Part shown: in pieces, positions 11,101 through 24,143 of the stretch | How positions within the stretch are numbered: position 1 is the first letter of the stretch | Layout: each line of letters opens with the position of its first letter | Assembly (NCBI GenBank): GCA_028534125.1 | Contig: CM052818.1 | Location: forward strand, 37,450,001-37,514,000 | Source of the DNA: Lama glama | Lineage: Eukaryota | Direction of reading: 5' to 3' | Length of the DNA: 64,000 bases | Position numbers and translations under genes: made by a program | Notes under the pieces: generated by a model | What the model saw: only the letters and a program-made list of their open reading frames with translations | What the model was told of the DNA's origin: nothing | Database searches by the model: none

Positions 11101-13144
11101 AGATATCAAGGAGTTCTAAACCACCTATCAGGTACGATTGTAGGCTATATCATAATTAGATTATGTTCCCTTCAGTTTGTTTTAGAAAAACTACTTTATA
11201 TATTTCTTTTCATCCCTCACTACCTAAACGTTCATTGCACTATCAGCACTGTCCTTTTTGATTTTCTCCAGGATTTTTTCAAATTTTTAAAAATAACTAT
11301 TTATTCTGATCTCTATAAGGACCTTCCAGGAGTGTCTGGAAGAAGACAAAGATTTCCTAGAAGTGGTGATTATGCTCAGTTGTCCTTGGCCTGGGGAAAT
11401 ATTTTATCACAATGTGTTTTTCTCACTAATAAGCTGAATTAGTAAAGTTTCAGCCAACAAGCAAGATAGGGGAAAAATGCCTCTGGTCAAGCAGCAGTTT
11501 GCATTCTGGAATGCGCCACATGAAATCCACAGTTTCGTGGAATCTGTAGGATGTAGTGATAGTGATGAATATTTTTCTCTGTGTCCAGTACGTGCTCAGT
11601 TAAGGGACTCTTACATCACTTAATAAATTGGTTGCTACAAGTAACCCAGTTCAAATTCCTGAGGATCATCTGAAATAACATGTACTAAGTTTCCGCACTG
11701 AGGCAGTGGGCTGCAAGTAAGTGGAGCGCAGGTGTAACAGACACCTGCCCAGGGCCGCTGGGTGCCTGCTGTATTCTGCATCACGTACACGTTCACCTGA
11801 TGCGTGTGAACATCTTCTTAAAATCTAATGGGGAAGGTAGGCAAGGACACGGGTTTATACCGTGGTGCTGCTCACAGTCTCACAGGGGGAGAAGATCAAT
11901 GGAAACATGATTTCTGGGGCACAGAGAAAGGCCTGTGACTTTCCAAACATCTCTTCAGCTTCTTGCTCATGTTTCAAATTCCACAGCCTTTGCAGCTCTT
12001 TAACTAATCTCAGCTGAACATGACCTGGAATTTTACTTTATTTTTTTCACACACTAGTCCTTTGCTTCCTACACCACTCCTCTGACATCCAGCTCAGAAC
12101 CCGTTCCTGGTTTTGACTTTCCTCCTTTCATTTGAGTATTGTCCATTTCTATTGCATTTTCACACCTATTTGTTTAGGCTACTGTATCGTATGTGGGTGG
12201 ATAAACACCTTCTTTTTATGTGTGCTTTTCCCTTATTTCTTCTTGCAAAATGGGCCCACTAGATAGGAACTTTGATTTAATAAATTATTTAATGCTTCTT
12301 AATTCTTATAATTTTTAAAAAACGATATGCAACCACATACTCATTCCCCAAAACTACTTAGTTTAGTGCTAAGAGATTAGGTTTAATCATTGTAGGTAAT
12401 AGTTTCAACATTTTATTGGTTCTATAATTGTAATTGAACTGTCTAATTTTTATTCAGTTGATATGTGTGTCTTATGTTTCACTCTAAATAGGACACGAGG
12501 TTTGCAATGCTTTTAGGAAAGAATAAACAAATAAAGTACTAATGTTTAGCTTATAATTAGTTTGATGTTTTCAGTGCTTAATTTTAAAATAGCATTGACT
12601 TTGGATTTTGTAACTCTCATTATTCGACTGTTCCACTAAAGAGTTTTCAAGTTGGTGTATTGTGTACTTCACAGTGTGAATGGATTCAATCAGATTTTTT
12701 TTTTCTGAAAAGAGAACTGGAGTGAGATATCTGAGGGCATTAATTCCTTATAGGATGAGAAAAAAGCACAGGAAGAAGTGATGGAGGTTGAGGAAGTTGG
12801 AGGGAGGACCCGTGTCATGGGTTTCCCATTTCTGTGGAGGGAGGTAGAGGACACACTCAGACTGGAGCATCTCAAGCTGTCCCTTCTCTTGAAAATTCCT
12901 CTCCTTTCCTTCTTCTTGAATCAATCCTCCTCGTTCTTAAAGACCTGGTTTAAATGTAGCATTCTATTTCAAATCCTTCTTGACTCCCTTTTCTCCTCCA
13001 TTTACACATCCTTCAACTGAATACACTGAAAACAATTGAATGCAGTACAGTATTGTCAGTTCTTATCGCCATAGAGATAATCCTGTGCTTTATTACTTGC
13101 ATTTGTTTTTACTTCTCCAATTTAAAGAAAGTAGAGGAAGAACA

Positions 13145-13570
13145 AACATCCATTGAACACTCATTAGCTATCGGGCACCATGACAGTTACATTTTGTATA
13201 TTGCCTTTATGAAAGCCTTGTGAGTTAAAGACTCCCATTATATTTTATAGCACCCTGCATTTCCTTTATAATAATTTGCAAAAAAAATGTATTTATGGGG
13301 GCATTATTTTAAATATTTATCTTCTCTGCTCCAGGAGAGCATGCACTGTGTTTTGTTTACCTCTTTTTAGTATCCAGCGCAGAGCTAGTACCTAATAACC
13401 AATCAATAAATATCTGTTGAATGAATGAGTAGATCAATGAATACGTATTTTATTATGCCTGTTTTATAAGCGAGGAAACCCAGTGTCAATAAAAGTACAT
13501 AACTCAAGGTCACCTAGCAATATGGAAAGAACTGTGACCAGACTAATAGCTATTGATTCCAATGCCAGTC
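13145..13570 (-). mobile_element. MIR split (about 13145-13250 and 13450-13570) by an L2 3' end
   Basis: 'aacatccattgaacactc...gccttgtgag' then 'cctgttttataagcgaggaaac...actcaaggtcacctagc' (MIR core). Confidence 0.6.
13250..13445 (+). mobile_element. L2 3' terminus
   Basis: 'gtatccagcgcagagctagtacc...tcaataaatatctgttgaatgaatga' is the typical L2 tail. Confidence 0.75.
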
Positions 13571-13879
13571 AAATTTCAGCCAGACCTCATGGCATTTAAC
13601 AATCAGAGGGTGAGGGGTGGTCATGGACTTCTTGAAACAGAATAGGGTCAAGTCAAAGATTTGTTATTTGGGAGACATTACTTCATCATTCATCTTTTTC
13701 CATCAGATGTTATTTATTATGCATATAGCTGCCTGCTTCTCTTACTTTGGCTTGCGTTTCATCAGCTGGCATTGCCCTTGTCATTCAAGATGACTTCCGA
13801 ATGACAACAGACATCTCTTTTAATTTCCTGTATCTGAAACTATCAATTGCCTCTCAAAATCTCTTCTCCTGATTTTCCC

Positions 13880-14311
13880 TGAAATGTAACGTTGATTTTT
13901 TCCTGGCTGCCTATGTGTTTACCCAAAACTGTGTTTCCGAACCTCCCTTGAATGTAGGTGTGGTCCTGAGACCAATTTTTGTAAATAAGATGGAAGTAGA
14001 AATGTTACATAGGATTGATTTCAGGGACCTCCCCTTAGAAGGCAGAGAGAAATGGCGTGCTTTTCTTTCTCTCTTCATCTATCTGCTGTGGATGTGGTCC
14101 TGAGCTCTCGCGTTCAGCTTGGGGCATGAGGACCAATGCTGCAGCCTAGTGCCAGGCTAGGAGCAGCCTGAGTCCATACTGGCAACTAATGCTGACCCTG
14201 GACACCACTGAGCTTATTTTTACTGAAGAGAAAAATGATTGTTGTCTTATTTGAGCCATTGTTTTCTGGAGCTTTTTTTTTTCTTGTAGCCAAATGTAAT
14301 CCTAACTGATA
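13880..14311 (+). mobile_element. MaLR MLT1I/J-like solo LTR
   Basis: 'cctcccttgaatgtaggtgtggtc', 'tcttatttgagccattgttt', ending 'gtagccaaatgtaatcctaactgatac'. Confidence 0.75.
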
Positions 14312-16511
14312 CCCATTTTAAAAGAAATAAAGATGGTTAACCATTAGCAGGTTTTCTGGCTTCAGGAGACATCAGAAGAGAAAGCACATATGCCAACAAG
14401 ATGTCTTTCAATTGACTGAGTGATTTTAAGGCAAACTTTGCTATAAATAAAATATAATTCATAAAGTAGAGCACTGATAATAAAATTATTCACCAGAACA
14501 AATTTGATATATGGGAGATTTTCATTTCCATTTAAGACCATTTATTCTATCTTTTACTGTAGTGTGAATTATATATCATGAAAATGATCTTATAAATAAA
14601 TATGCAAAGCATAAAGAAAAATCAAATTTCAAGAAAAAAATAAAGTAAAAACAAAAACAAAATTGAAAGTATAGGAAATCCCAGTAGATGATGCCAAGCC
14701 ATTATGGAGTGAGATAAATTTTAAAATATGGAAGAGAATGTATTTTCCGAGTTTGAAGAAGAATGTCTTGTGATTGTAAATGTTCTCCTGCACAAAATCA
14801 GCATGTTGTCTTGAAGAGCTCAAGGGGAAATTCAAGGTTAGATCATGTTTATATTTTTCTCTCTCACTGCTTTCAATCAAAAGGCCCTAATACCTAAGCC
14901 TGCACCAGAAGCAATGACCCCACCATCACAAATGTCTCCAAGACAGGCCTCAAGTCCTGGCTCCTTGGAACAGGCTGAGATGCTCAGGGCTAGCTGTGCC
15001 TGTGCCATCTTTTGATGGCAACTTGCATCAAAGCTGAGCCCTAAATGGACATGCTCAAAAGGCATCGATTCTCCTGAGTTTGGTTGCTTGCACCCTCAAG
15101 GTTCCCAAACGCTCTGCCTGCTTACTTTTAGCTGCCCACAGGTCTCTTCCTTCAGTCTGTTCCCCTGGCCTCATCTCATGCAGTGGTGTCCTTCCTAGGC
15201 AAGTGAGCATGCTCCTCCCTCTTGGCCATCTGACTGTTATTCATACTTCATTTCCACTTGCCGAGTTCAGAATACATGTGACATCTAACCTTGATGGTCT
15301 CCTTTGCCAAATCACCCTCTTAGAGTAATTGTTCTTAAAATGGCAGATAAGTTGATTCAGAAAGTGTTCACTAAGGGCCTACTGTGTGCCAAGTGCTGTT
15401 CTGGGCACTGGTTGAACTCCATCAGGTCTGTACAATCTAAACAACCCAGAGAGGGAATTCAAGCCCATCTAAGAAACCAGTCAACCCAAAGTTTAAGCCC
15501 CTTCTAATTTTTTTTTGAAAAATATATTTAAGTAATGGAAGCCTCTGTTGCCCCATTTTTATACATGAAAAAGTATTTGTCTGAGTCCATGACCTTTTCA
15601 GGGAATATTCTCATAATAAAGAAAGGAAGAGAAGTCTCTCTTATTACAAATGATGCACTGGGAGAAGAAGAACGGGTATGAATTTCAGGAGTGAACGCCT
15701 GACATCAGCCCACCTGTTGAGGAGACCTCAGGGGCCAGTTGTGGAAGCAGAGACTAAAACTCATATCAGCCCTAGTCACTAGTTACCTGGGCCTGGGTCT
15801 GACGGTTCTCAGTAAAGTAAGGGATTCTCTCATCTCCTGAGACCAAGAACTTCTGTTTCTATTTCACTACAAGTTTTAAATATTAAAGGAAAAATAAAAA
15901 GATTAAAGCCTTCTCAATAAAGAAAAAAGGTATTGTTCCACTTTTGTGAGTATAATGCTAATTATGTTCAAAATATTAGTTTGCCTTTTCATAGTATCCT
16001 TAGTAATTAGTGAACAAAACCTTAATGAAATGTGGGTATGATTTGTAAAGGCTTAAATGACAGGCTCTAACTGGGATAATTTCAGACCTGATGGGTTGTT
16101 AAATAACAATGTATTCCAAATAAGTAAACTTGAAATAACTAAGCCATTGGGGATGACTGGCCACCTGATAATTAAACTTGATCTAACATGGACATCAAAA
16201 ATAATTATGTGTGCTAAACACAAAGAGACAGGTCAGCTCCTCAGAGAGATGAAGTGAACTTGGACAGATGGACAGAATGCAAATCATGATGGGTTTCTTA
16301 ATGAAAGAGAAATGAAATGCAATTTTTAAAAAATCTGAAAAATTTGGATAGCTACTCCTAGTGCACAAATTCCTGGGGAAAAAAAAAGTACATTGAAACA
16401 AGATGGATTACCACATTGTCAAAAACCAGGAAATCCATTTCTCTAGAGAACTTAGATTTTCAAGTTTCCTGGTAAATGAGATCAAGGACAAAATCACTTT
16501 TATGGTATATT

Positions 16512-16895
16512 TGCATCAGTTTCCTAAGGCTGCCATAACAAATGTTCAAAGACTGGAGGACTTAACGGAAATTTACTTTCTCACAATTGTGGGGACTAGA
16601 TGTCCAAGATGAAGGTGTTGGCAAAGCTGATTGATTTCTTCCGACACTTTCCTCTTGGCTTGTAAATGGCTGTCTTCTTCTGATGTCCTCACATGGCCTT
16701 CTTTCTGCGTGCCCCTCGTGTCTCCTCTTCTTATGAGGACACCAGCCAGATTGGAATAGAGCCCCACCCATATGACCCTATTTCACCTTAGTCACCTCCT
16801 TAAAGACCCTATTTCCAAATGCAGTCATATCTGAGGTCCTGGGGATTAGGACTTCAACATACACATTTTGGAGGAACACAATTCAGTTGGTAACA
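16512..16895 (-). mobile_element. MaLR MLT1A/B-like solo LTR with intact termini and a 5-bp TSD
   Basis: TG...CA termini ('tgcatcagtttcctaaggctgccataaca'...'cacaattcagttggtaaca'), with ATATT at 16507-16511 and 16896-16900. Confidence 0.92.
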
Positions 16896-16961
16896 ATATT
16901 CAACTCACACATTAGACACAGTTTAGAAGACACAAATATCACAGTATAGAAATGGATAGAG

Positions 16962-17411
16962 GGGACTATTCAGCCATAAAAAAGAATAAAATATGGCCAT
17001 TTGCAGCAACATGGATGGACATGGAGATTGTCATACTAATGAAGTCAGCCCAAAAGAGAAAGAAAAATACCATATGATATCAGTGATAAGAGAAATCTAA
17101 AAAAATGACACAAATGAACTTATTTATAAAACATAAGCAAACTCACAGACATAGAAAACAAACTTACAGCTGCCAGTGGGCAAAGGCTGTGGGAAGGGAT
17201 AAATGAGGAGTTTGAGATTTGCAGATAGTAACTATAAAAAGTTTCTACTGTATAGCACAGAATTTTGTTCAGTATGTTGTAGTAACCTATAATGAGAAAG
17301 AATATGCAAAGGAATATATGTGTATGTATATGTATGGCTGCAACATTATGCTGCACATCAGAAACTGACACAGCATTGTAAACCAAGTAACTTCAATAAA
17401 AAGGAAAAAAA
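16962..17411 (+). mobile_element. Lineage-specific (artiodactyl/camelid-type) L1 3' end
   Basis: 'tcagccataaaaaagaataaaatatggccatttgcagcaacatggatggac', 'gagtttgagatttgcagata', 'ctgtatagcacag', AATAAA and an A tail. Confidence 0.92.
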
Positions 17412-17461
17412 GGAAGGGAGGGAGGGAGGAAGGAAGGAAGGATAGAAGGAAGGAAGGAAGG
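17412..17461. repeat. (GGAA/GGGA)n purine microsatellite at the L1 tail
   Basis: Directly visible. Confidence 0.9.
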
Positions 17462-17510
17462 GCTAGTGGGGAAATGAACTGAGTATCTTTGAGAGGTCCT
17501 GATCGGCAGG

Positions 17511-17601
17511 TAGGGTGACCAACCATGCCGGTGTGCCTGGTTGTAGCACTGAGAATCTCGTATCCTAGGAAAGTTCTCAAACCAGAATGTTTGGTCATCC
17601 A
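17511..17601 (-). mobile_element. MER81-like hAT MITE
   Basis: TIR-like ends 'tagggtgaccaacc' and 'tttggtcatcca', internal 'tagcactgagaatctcg'. Confidence 0.75.
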
Positions 17602-18424
17602 GGTTACACACTGGATAACCCATAACCACTGTTAAGGGTAAGGATGATTTTTATGACCTAATGAAGTATGGTCATATGATACACAAGATTCTTGGGTTCC
17701 TCAAAATTTCCCAGAAGTGTGAATTATGCTCAAGCAGGCACGCCTCCATATGATCATGAAATAGAATCCAGAATTCCCAACGTCATTGGGAATTTAAACT
17801 GATCTCTAGTTTGCTGTGAGGATGGCACATTCTTAGCTGCCTACAAACCTTTCTCAAATGTCTCCCATGGACAGCCTTTGTGACCCAATTGTATCCTACC
17901 ACCTTTCTTCTTAGGTCTGATTCAGAGAGGATACAATCATTTTTCCAAACCCTAGAACTGATGTTGTGACAACCATAAGCCCTGCTCTTCCTTGGACAGG
18001 CTCATTTTACCTACTGTTTTAGCATAATTATTTGTAAGTCCTCCTTCATTCCCCAAAGGCCCCTATTTGTAGGATTTAATATACAGTCACACAACTTACG
18101 CTGCCAGCATTCTTCTGGCCCCAGTTCCTCTGCTTCTCTTTTCATGTCACGCAACAGTTTCTGAGCCACAGACACATCGATTCCTGGACCCTCCATGTGA
18201 CTCTACTCTTTACTGTCTGCCTAGGTCGGTGGAGATGGGCTTCACAAGTTTTGTTTTGGACCCTCCTACTTAACCATATCTTAACATTATGATAACGAAA
18301 CAGGAAACATAATTTTCCATCATCTAAGGATCAGGATATAGTTGCTTACAATTTCAGTAGGAGAAAGATTAAGAGAATCTAAACCAATAGAAATAAGTTA
18401 TGTGTGTGTACAAAATATTTTTAA

Positions 18425-18540
18425 TAATCACAGACTCTCAAAGAGTTTCAGGGATTATCTAATTGAACCTTCTTCTTTTGCCAAGGAATAAACTGAAGCT
18501 TAGAAAGAGGAAGTGATTTGCCACAGGATATAACCTAAGT
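18425..18540 (-). mobile_element. MIR3/MIR fragment
   Basis: 'gattatctaattgaaccttc...aaactgaagcttagaaagaggaagtgatttgccacagg'. Confidence 0.6.
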
Positions 18541-18759
18541 TGATCCAGTTAAAGAAGAATTCGTGACCACCGGTGAATTAATTATTTCTATTACCCAAGT
18601 CAGGTATTTTTACCTGATAAGAAGAATATAATAACTCTTTCCTTGAACATCTTTTCTGATCTTCTTTGTTTCTTAAAAACATTTAGAATAACAAATAGGC
18701 TATTTAGAATAACAAATGTGTTATTCTAAATGTGAAATTATCTTGTATACACTAGAAAA

Positions 18760-21000
18760 ATTGTAAAATAGATGTAAGTAAAAGATACCTTTTTAAAAAA
18801 ATTGTAAGTCCACTCGCTTCCCAGAAATAGTCACGGAATTATTTCCTTCCATTATGATTCCAGTTTGGTATACGTGCGAGGTGTGTTTATTTGTGTGTGT
18901 GTGTGTATACAGAGATTTATACTTCTACCTGTGCATGTCATAAAACTGAGAGCACTTCATTTTGTGATACGCATTAGCTGTATCTTTAAGCATAAAATAC
19001 ATATCATGAGCATATTTCCAGGCCCTTAAATATTTTTATCTAATATCACTTTTAGTGGCTGCATATTTTTCCATTATATGATATGCTCACATTTATTCCA
19101 CCACCATGACATTATCATTGAAGATGCAATCAATTTCCTTTTTTGTTTGTTTGTTTTTTCTATATAAGCAATGTTGCTAGAAAAACTCTTGCCAAGGTAC
19201 TTATAAATTATTATGTATAACTGTACCACCAGTCATCTGAAGTAAAAAATTGCTAATCAGAAGACTAACTACATTCTTAATCTTTTAAAAAATGTGTTGC
19301 ACATGACCATGCAAGTAGTCTGTGCCAATTTGTACAACTCAGTACTATGGAAGACCTTATGTTTTTCTCCAACCCACGACAATATTGGCAGTAATCTTTT
19401 CTTTATCTTTGACAGCCTGATAGAGAAAAATAGTGTATCATGGTCTTAATTTGCATCCATTCTATTATGATTGCACTCGTGAAGTTTTTATATGTTTATA
19501 TGTCTGTTGAGAAATGTTTGTTTCTATTTTTAAACATTCTAATCTTTGTGCATTGTTCATGTTTATCTTACCACTTAGCAATAGATCTTTATAATATTAC
19601 AATAATGTATTAACATAAAAACTCCTTGGACTGAATATGTATTATAAAATTTTTACATGGAAAATTTCATTCCATTACAGTTATCTTTTTTTTGAATTTG
19701 AAGAAGTTTCTAAAGTATTGCTATGGTATTTATTATTTTATCTTTTTCACACTGTCCTGAATATTACAGAAATACTTATACTAGTAAATGCACTTTTATA
19801 GGTTGATTAACTCATTTTACATGTATTTACACATTACTCTATCTAGAAATTTGCATGTAAATAAGGCATGAGGTAGGGATGTTATTTTATTTCTTTTTCT
19901 AAACATTATCTATTTATATCAATAGTAATCATTGAAAAATCTACCTTTGCTTGTTTGAAATGGTCCCTCACTGGGTTACTTTAATTATATAAGCCCTGCA
20001 ATGCATTATAACATATGCAGCAATAAACCTGTGTGCTGCATAGACTTATGTTTTTAGAAATGATTTTGGATATTTCATGCTTATTCTTCCTGATGAATTT
20101 TTAATTACTTGATTATGTCCCAATGCTAAATTAAGGAGATCATTTAATGAATTTGATTGATAGAAAAAAATGTTTTGAAGAGAGATACAGTCATTTCAGG
20201 TTTTAATCTTTGTAAAAACTTTTTATGGCTCTCCATTTGAAAAATATTTGTGTGTGTGTTTCTCAGTAAGCTGCTGAAGAATTTATTGTTATTTATAAAA
20301 CTAATGTCCAGAAATATTACATAGTAATTTTGATTTTTTTTCAGTTAATTATCCAATATTGTATAGTTTACCAATCACTTCTATAAATATTGAAATTTGG
20401 TCTTTAGTTTTTTTCTTGTGTTATTCTCATTTTTTCACCTGGAAATTCATAAGGTTACAGCATGGTAATGGTGATAAGAACCCTTGTCTTGGTCTGGACT
20501 TAAATGTATGAGTGTCTCCATTGTGATATTCACTGCTGATATCAGTTATATATTCTTTATCAAATTAATGGCATCCTGCTCTTTTTTACTAAGAAATTTT
20601 TTAAAATTCAGAGATAAATTTTATCTTCTAGTAAATGTCTTTTAATCTTAGGATATTATAGTTCTTATTTAACTAATTAAGGCAATAAAATATGTTAATA
20701 TTTTGTAACTTTCTACCATCCTTTCTTGCTTAGAATAAATTTTACAGTTGTGGATTATATTTCCTAAAATTGTATTTATAACATTATATCTATATTACAT
20801 TTATTAACATCTATATTAATCAATTATATTGTTTCATAAGCACATATGCATACACTGTCAGCCTTTGGTAGTTTCTGTAATTGGGATATTTTCCCAAAAC
20901 CTGGGTATTTAATTATTGTTCAGATTATCTGTTCCTTGAGAATTTAGCAGAACAGGTTTCTCTTACCAGTCATATCGGTGTCTGTTTGACTGGTAGTTCT
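18760..21000 (-). mobile_element. Old L1ME-type fragment (3' UTR and ORF2)
   Basis: T-rich: 'ttttagtggctgcatatttttccattatatg', 'atcatggtcttaatttgcat', 'ggcatgaggtagggat', 'ccttgtcttggtctggacttaaatg'. Confidence 0.65.
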
Positions 21001-21024
21001 TGTACGTATTTTTCCATGGCATTC

Positions 21025-21330
21025 AGGGTAGGCTAGTATACTCAAGTAGCTTAACACAATAAGCATTTAATCATCCTCTAAGTCACTATCTACCTCAGCA
21101 TATCAGGGTAGGGGGAGATTGTGTACCACTCAGTCATTAAGTTCCATGTTCCTTCCACTGTGTGCTTTTGCCCTTCTACAGATTCTCAGAGTCTGTGTGT
21201 TAAGCTGGCTTGTAGGGAGACAGAGAGCTGTGCATGGGAGGTTACTAGGGGCCCTGGTGTAAGTGGTTCACACCCTTTCTGCTTAAATCCACCTGTGTGA
21301 TCAGGAAGAGGAAGAGATCAGATATTTAGC
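21025..21330 (-). mobile_element. Old MaLR LTR (MLT1K/L-like)
   Basis: 'agtagcttaacacaataagcattta', 'ggccctggtgtaagtggttcacaccctttctgcttaaatcc'. Confidence 0.45.
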
Positions 21331-21639
21331 ACTGATATTTTCTTGCAAATGAATTACTTTTAATCATTTATATTTTTCTACAAAATGATGTAATGCTTTA
21401 AAATGTTAAAACGTATTAGCAGGGAGCTGTATGGATTATATTTTTTATTTGTTTTTTGTGTACAGTTAAATCCTTGTCTTACCTTCCTCCATCCCATCTT
21501 CCCTTACTTTCTGCCTGGCTTTCATCTTCTTTTCCACCTTCCCTTCTCCCTCCATATTCCCTTGCTTCTTCCCTCCCAATCTGTCTCCTTTCTTTTTTAC
21601 CCCCAACACTTACAAAGTATATAACCTATCTATGACTTC

Positions 21640-22250
21640 AGGAAACAACAAAGACTGTCTTATCACTTATGCCTACAGTGTCTAGCACTGTGCCTTTCTC
21701 AGTTAGACATTTACTGAATTGCTGTATTGGACTTAAATTGAATCAGTCGTTTCATGGGTTGCTCTGATAGCCTCACGATTGTTTGCTCTACCTCCAGTAA
21801 TATCTCCAATATCCTGCTCACATGGCCTGATTCACATTCCTGCAACACCATCCTGATCGGCTCTATTCTCCTGCACACAAATATTCAAAAGCACCCCATC
21901 GCCTCCCAAATTAAGTAGATTTGGCCATGCTCCTCGCCTGTGCAAGGGCTCGCCATTCTGAGATATTAAGCTCTATTTCTCACTTCTCATGCATCCTTGC
22001 TTTGTGTTTTAACCATACCTAGACCATTTCAATACTTCATTTACCTTGGTACTTGAAAACAAAATTTACAATGCACTTCATCTTCCTCCAGGAGATTGTT
22101 TACGTAGCCTCTTCACCTGCAATGTCATTATATGGCTAATTCTGCCTCTTATTGATTTACACATTCTTTAAGGACTTACTGTTTCCTCCCTGAAATCTGC
22201 AGCTAAATGGACTGACTCTCCTCTTTCTTGCACAATGGCGTGTGGCACAT
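21640..22250 (+). mobile_element. L2 fragments
   Basis: 'gactgtcttatcacttatgcctacagtgtctagcactgtgcc', followed by pyrimidine-rich L2 ORF/3' UTR-like text. Confidence 0.5.
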
Positions 22251-24143
22251 TAGAGGAGATTCTAACTAGGGAGAGAATTTATACCAAAATCCTCTGTGTC
22301 CCTTCTTCAAAGAAGCAGCAGACATTTTGGCAGCTTTCTCTGCTATTAATCTGCCTTTTAAAGTTTAGAATAAGCCTGAAGACCAAATCAAAGCATCTAT
22401 TTGGGGAATCATAGACTCAGATGAAGCTGATGAAGAGGTGGTTTTGCCAGATTCACGAACACAGCTTGAGTCTTCAGGAAGAGGGACTAAAAATAAAAAC
22501 ATAGTCTCTCATAATTCTTTCTGGGACTTCTGACTCTTAATTCCAAATGAAAAAGGAGAGAATTTAAACTAACTTTTTGACAGAGTATCTACTTAACCCA
22601 GAAAAAAATTTATGGTGAGAAAGGCAGCGTGACCATAGACTTCTTTACCAAACAGTGATGTCCGTTTCTAATAAAAAAAAAAAAGGTTTATATTTTATTT
22701 ATACTTGATATTTCATTAGATCTAACATAATATCCAATTTAGATATGGAAAACTCAAAATGTGCAGAAATTACAGCTTAGTGCCTGGGGTAAGAAGAGAA
22801 GGAATCCACCTTTTTACGATTCAATCAAATGCAGAATAGGAGCAGTTAATAATTGTAGAATATGAATAATCAGATAAGACATTTTCTAGTGAAAACTCAT
22901 AAATTTTATTTTCAGAATACATTAAAATTCAGTTAAATTTTAAAATCACAGCATATCTTGGGCCACTGTTGAATCATTGTTGTATCTCTAGAAATCTATT
23001 TTAGAGGTATGCAAGTACAAATTATAGAATGTCAGCATGCAGTTTGATTTTATGTGCTTTTCTACTAATATAAATAATGAAGCATGCTGAGAGCATTCAG
23101 ATACATTCAGCTGAGTATAATTAAAATACTGAGGGGTAACATGGTAAAAAAAAAGAAACAAATTAAGTACTAAAATGAAGTAGGTAGAAATACTAGCAAT
23201 TCAAAGCGATAACTATGTTGTGATTACAGTATTGTGAATAGACTAAATCTAATATTTTGGTTTAAATGAAATCAGTGATACCTGGAAAGTTAATAGTAGC
23301 AGTGCCTTTATATTTTCTGTGAATAACGGAGAGGCTTCATTTCAGGAGCACACTTTTTTTACCATCTCTAGAATTGTCTCCATGTTACTCTGAATAAGCA
23401 TTCTCGCCCAAATGGAACAAAATCTCTGATGAAGTTGGCCACTGGGGCCTACAGCAAATAATTAAAATGGGATTTGGGAATCAGTCGGTTTTTGTGTCCA
23501 ACGTTCCCCGTTGGGTTTGCTGAATGAGGGCAAATCAGCTTCCTTAGACCAGGTGGAAAACGCAGTTGAACTGCCTGCTGGTCACCACTAATTGCACAGC
23601 AGCTGTGACTGCCCACTCCAGGCTGGAGGCAAACTTTCTTCTTGATTTTGTTGCCGGGACTACCAAAGGACCAACTACTTGTCTGGGTTGCCCAGGCCCA
23701 ATTTCGAGTAAGAGGTACTGATACTGTGATAACAAGGAGCATGTGACTTTGTTCCACCCTGTCGCAAGGATAACTTGCCTTCATCCTTCTCTGTTACAGT
23801 GAGTCCTGGGTTCCCGTGTCCCCCGCACTGTGGTCGCCAACCTCAGGCTTCATCCTGATTTCCTAATAGTTGGGATTTATGAGAATTCATACATAAGAGA
23901 TGGATAAGAAGGTGTTCTCATTTTACATCTACCAACACAGTACCGAAAGTTTATAGTCTGGAGAAGAATGGAGTGGAGTAAATGGGTCAATTGTTCCCAT
24001 AGGAACAGAATCTATTATCTACTAACTCGAAATTTGGGGCCAGAATTCTAAAGTTGGAGCTAGAATCTTAGTAATGTAAGTACAGGACTCTGCATTGTTT
24101 GACCTTGCTGAGCCCACTTGTTCCTGGATACAAAGTCTTTCTC

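Noticed and set aside
22369..22533. Open frame NKPEDQIKASIWGIIDSDEADEEVVLPDS... after a tttag acceptor-like site
   Set aside because: Short, no protein recognised and no clear donor, so I cannot support it as an exon without homology or RNA-seq.
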